Source: Tubiluchus corallicola
Lineage: Eukaryota; Animalia; Priapulida
Direction: 5' to 3'
NCBI GenBank assembly: GCA_030141605.1
Contig: JAQGDQ010000409.1
Span: 1-60,773 of the forward strand
Length of the DNA: 60,773 bases
Position 1 is the first letter of the stretch. Each line of letters opens with the position of its first letter. Under the pieces are notes generated by a model. It had not been told where the DNA came from. It did not search any database and worked only from the letters and a program-made list of their open reading frames with translations. The translations under genes were made by a program, and so were the position numbers. Below are positions 60,623 through 60,773 of this stretch, in pieces.

Positions 60623-60754
60623 AAAAACTCGCTAAGCAGCCAGATATTCAGAGAACCTCAGTATGCTTTACTTACTCCAGAACCTGGATTCTGTCTCAAA
60701 ACTAAAACTTCTGAGGGAAGAAAGATTTTCATCAACATTTGCCAGTCGTCAAAT
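60623..60754 (+). CDS. PIH1D1: PIH1D1-like second coding exon (start of PIH1 domain); gene continues past window end
   Basis: ttttttag|KNSLSSQIFREPQYALLTPEPGFCLKTKTSEGRKIFINICQSSN|gtaaga; PxPGFCxKT...KxFINICxS is the PIH1 N-terminal signature. Confidence 0.88.
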
Positions 60755-60773
60755 GTAAGAAGCTTGTTGTTGT

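Overview
AT-rich, intron- and repeat-rich animal DNA, probably an invertebrate (inference); nothing prokaryotic. The main feature is a minus-strand protein kinase D gene (PRKD/PKD family). I assembled 14 coding exons by hand (54115 to 2350, 1695 nt = 565 codons, all GT-AG, phases compatible) encoding the ubiquitin-like domain, C1a, C1b, PH and the kinase N-lobe, with a 32.6-kb first intron. The rest of the kinase domain is not in the window. A divergent plus-strand PIH1D1-like gene starts at 59028. The most unusual structure is a >=2.2-kb inverted duplication (1-2165 vs 3609-5789, 1.44-kb spacer). It copies PKD exons 11-12 onto the opposite strand with intact splice sites, only synonymous changes, and a junction that creates a possible new stop-containing terminal exon. 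This could be a kinase-less paralog, a giant pre-mRNA hairpin, or a haplotype mis-join in the assembly. Introns hold many MITEs (Kolobok-, pogo- and hAT-like), decayed LINEs and locally born tandem repeats. All calls are by eye; no searches were run, and repeat boundaries are approximate.
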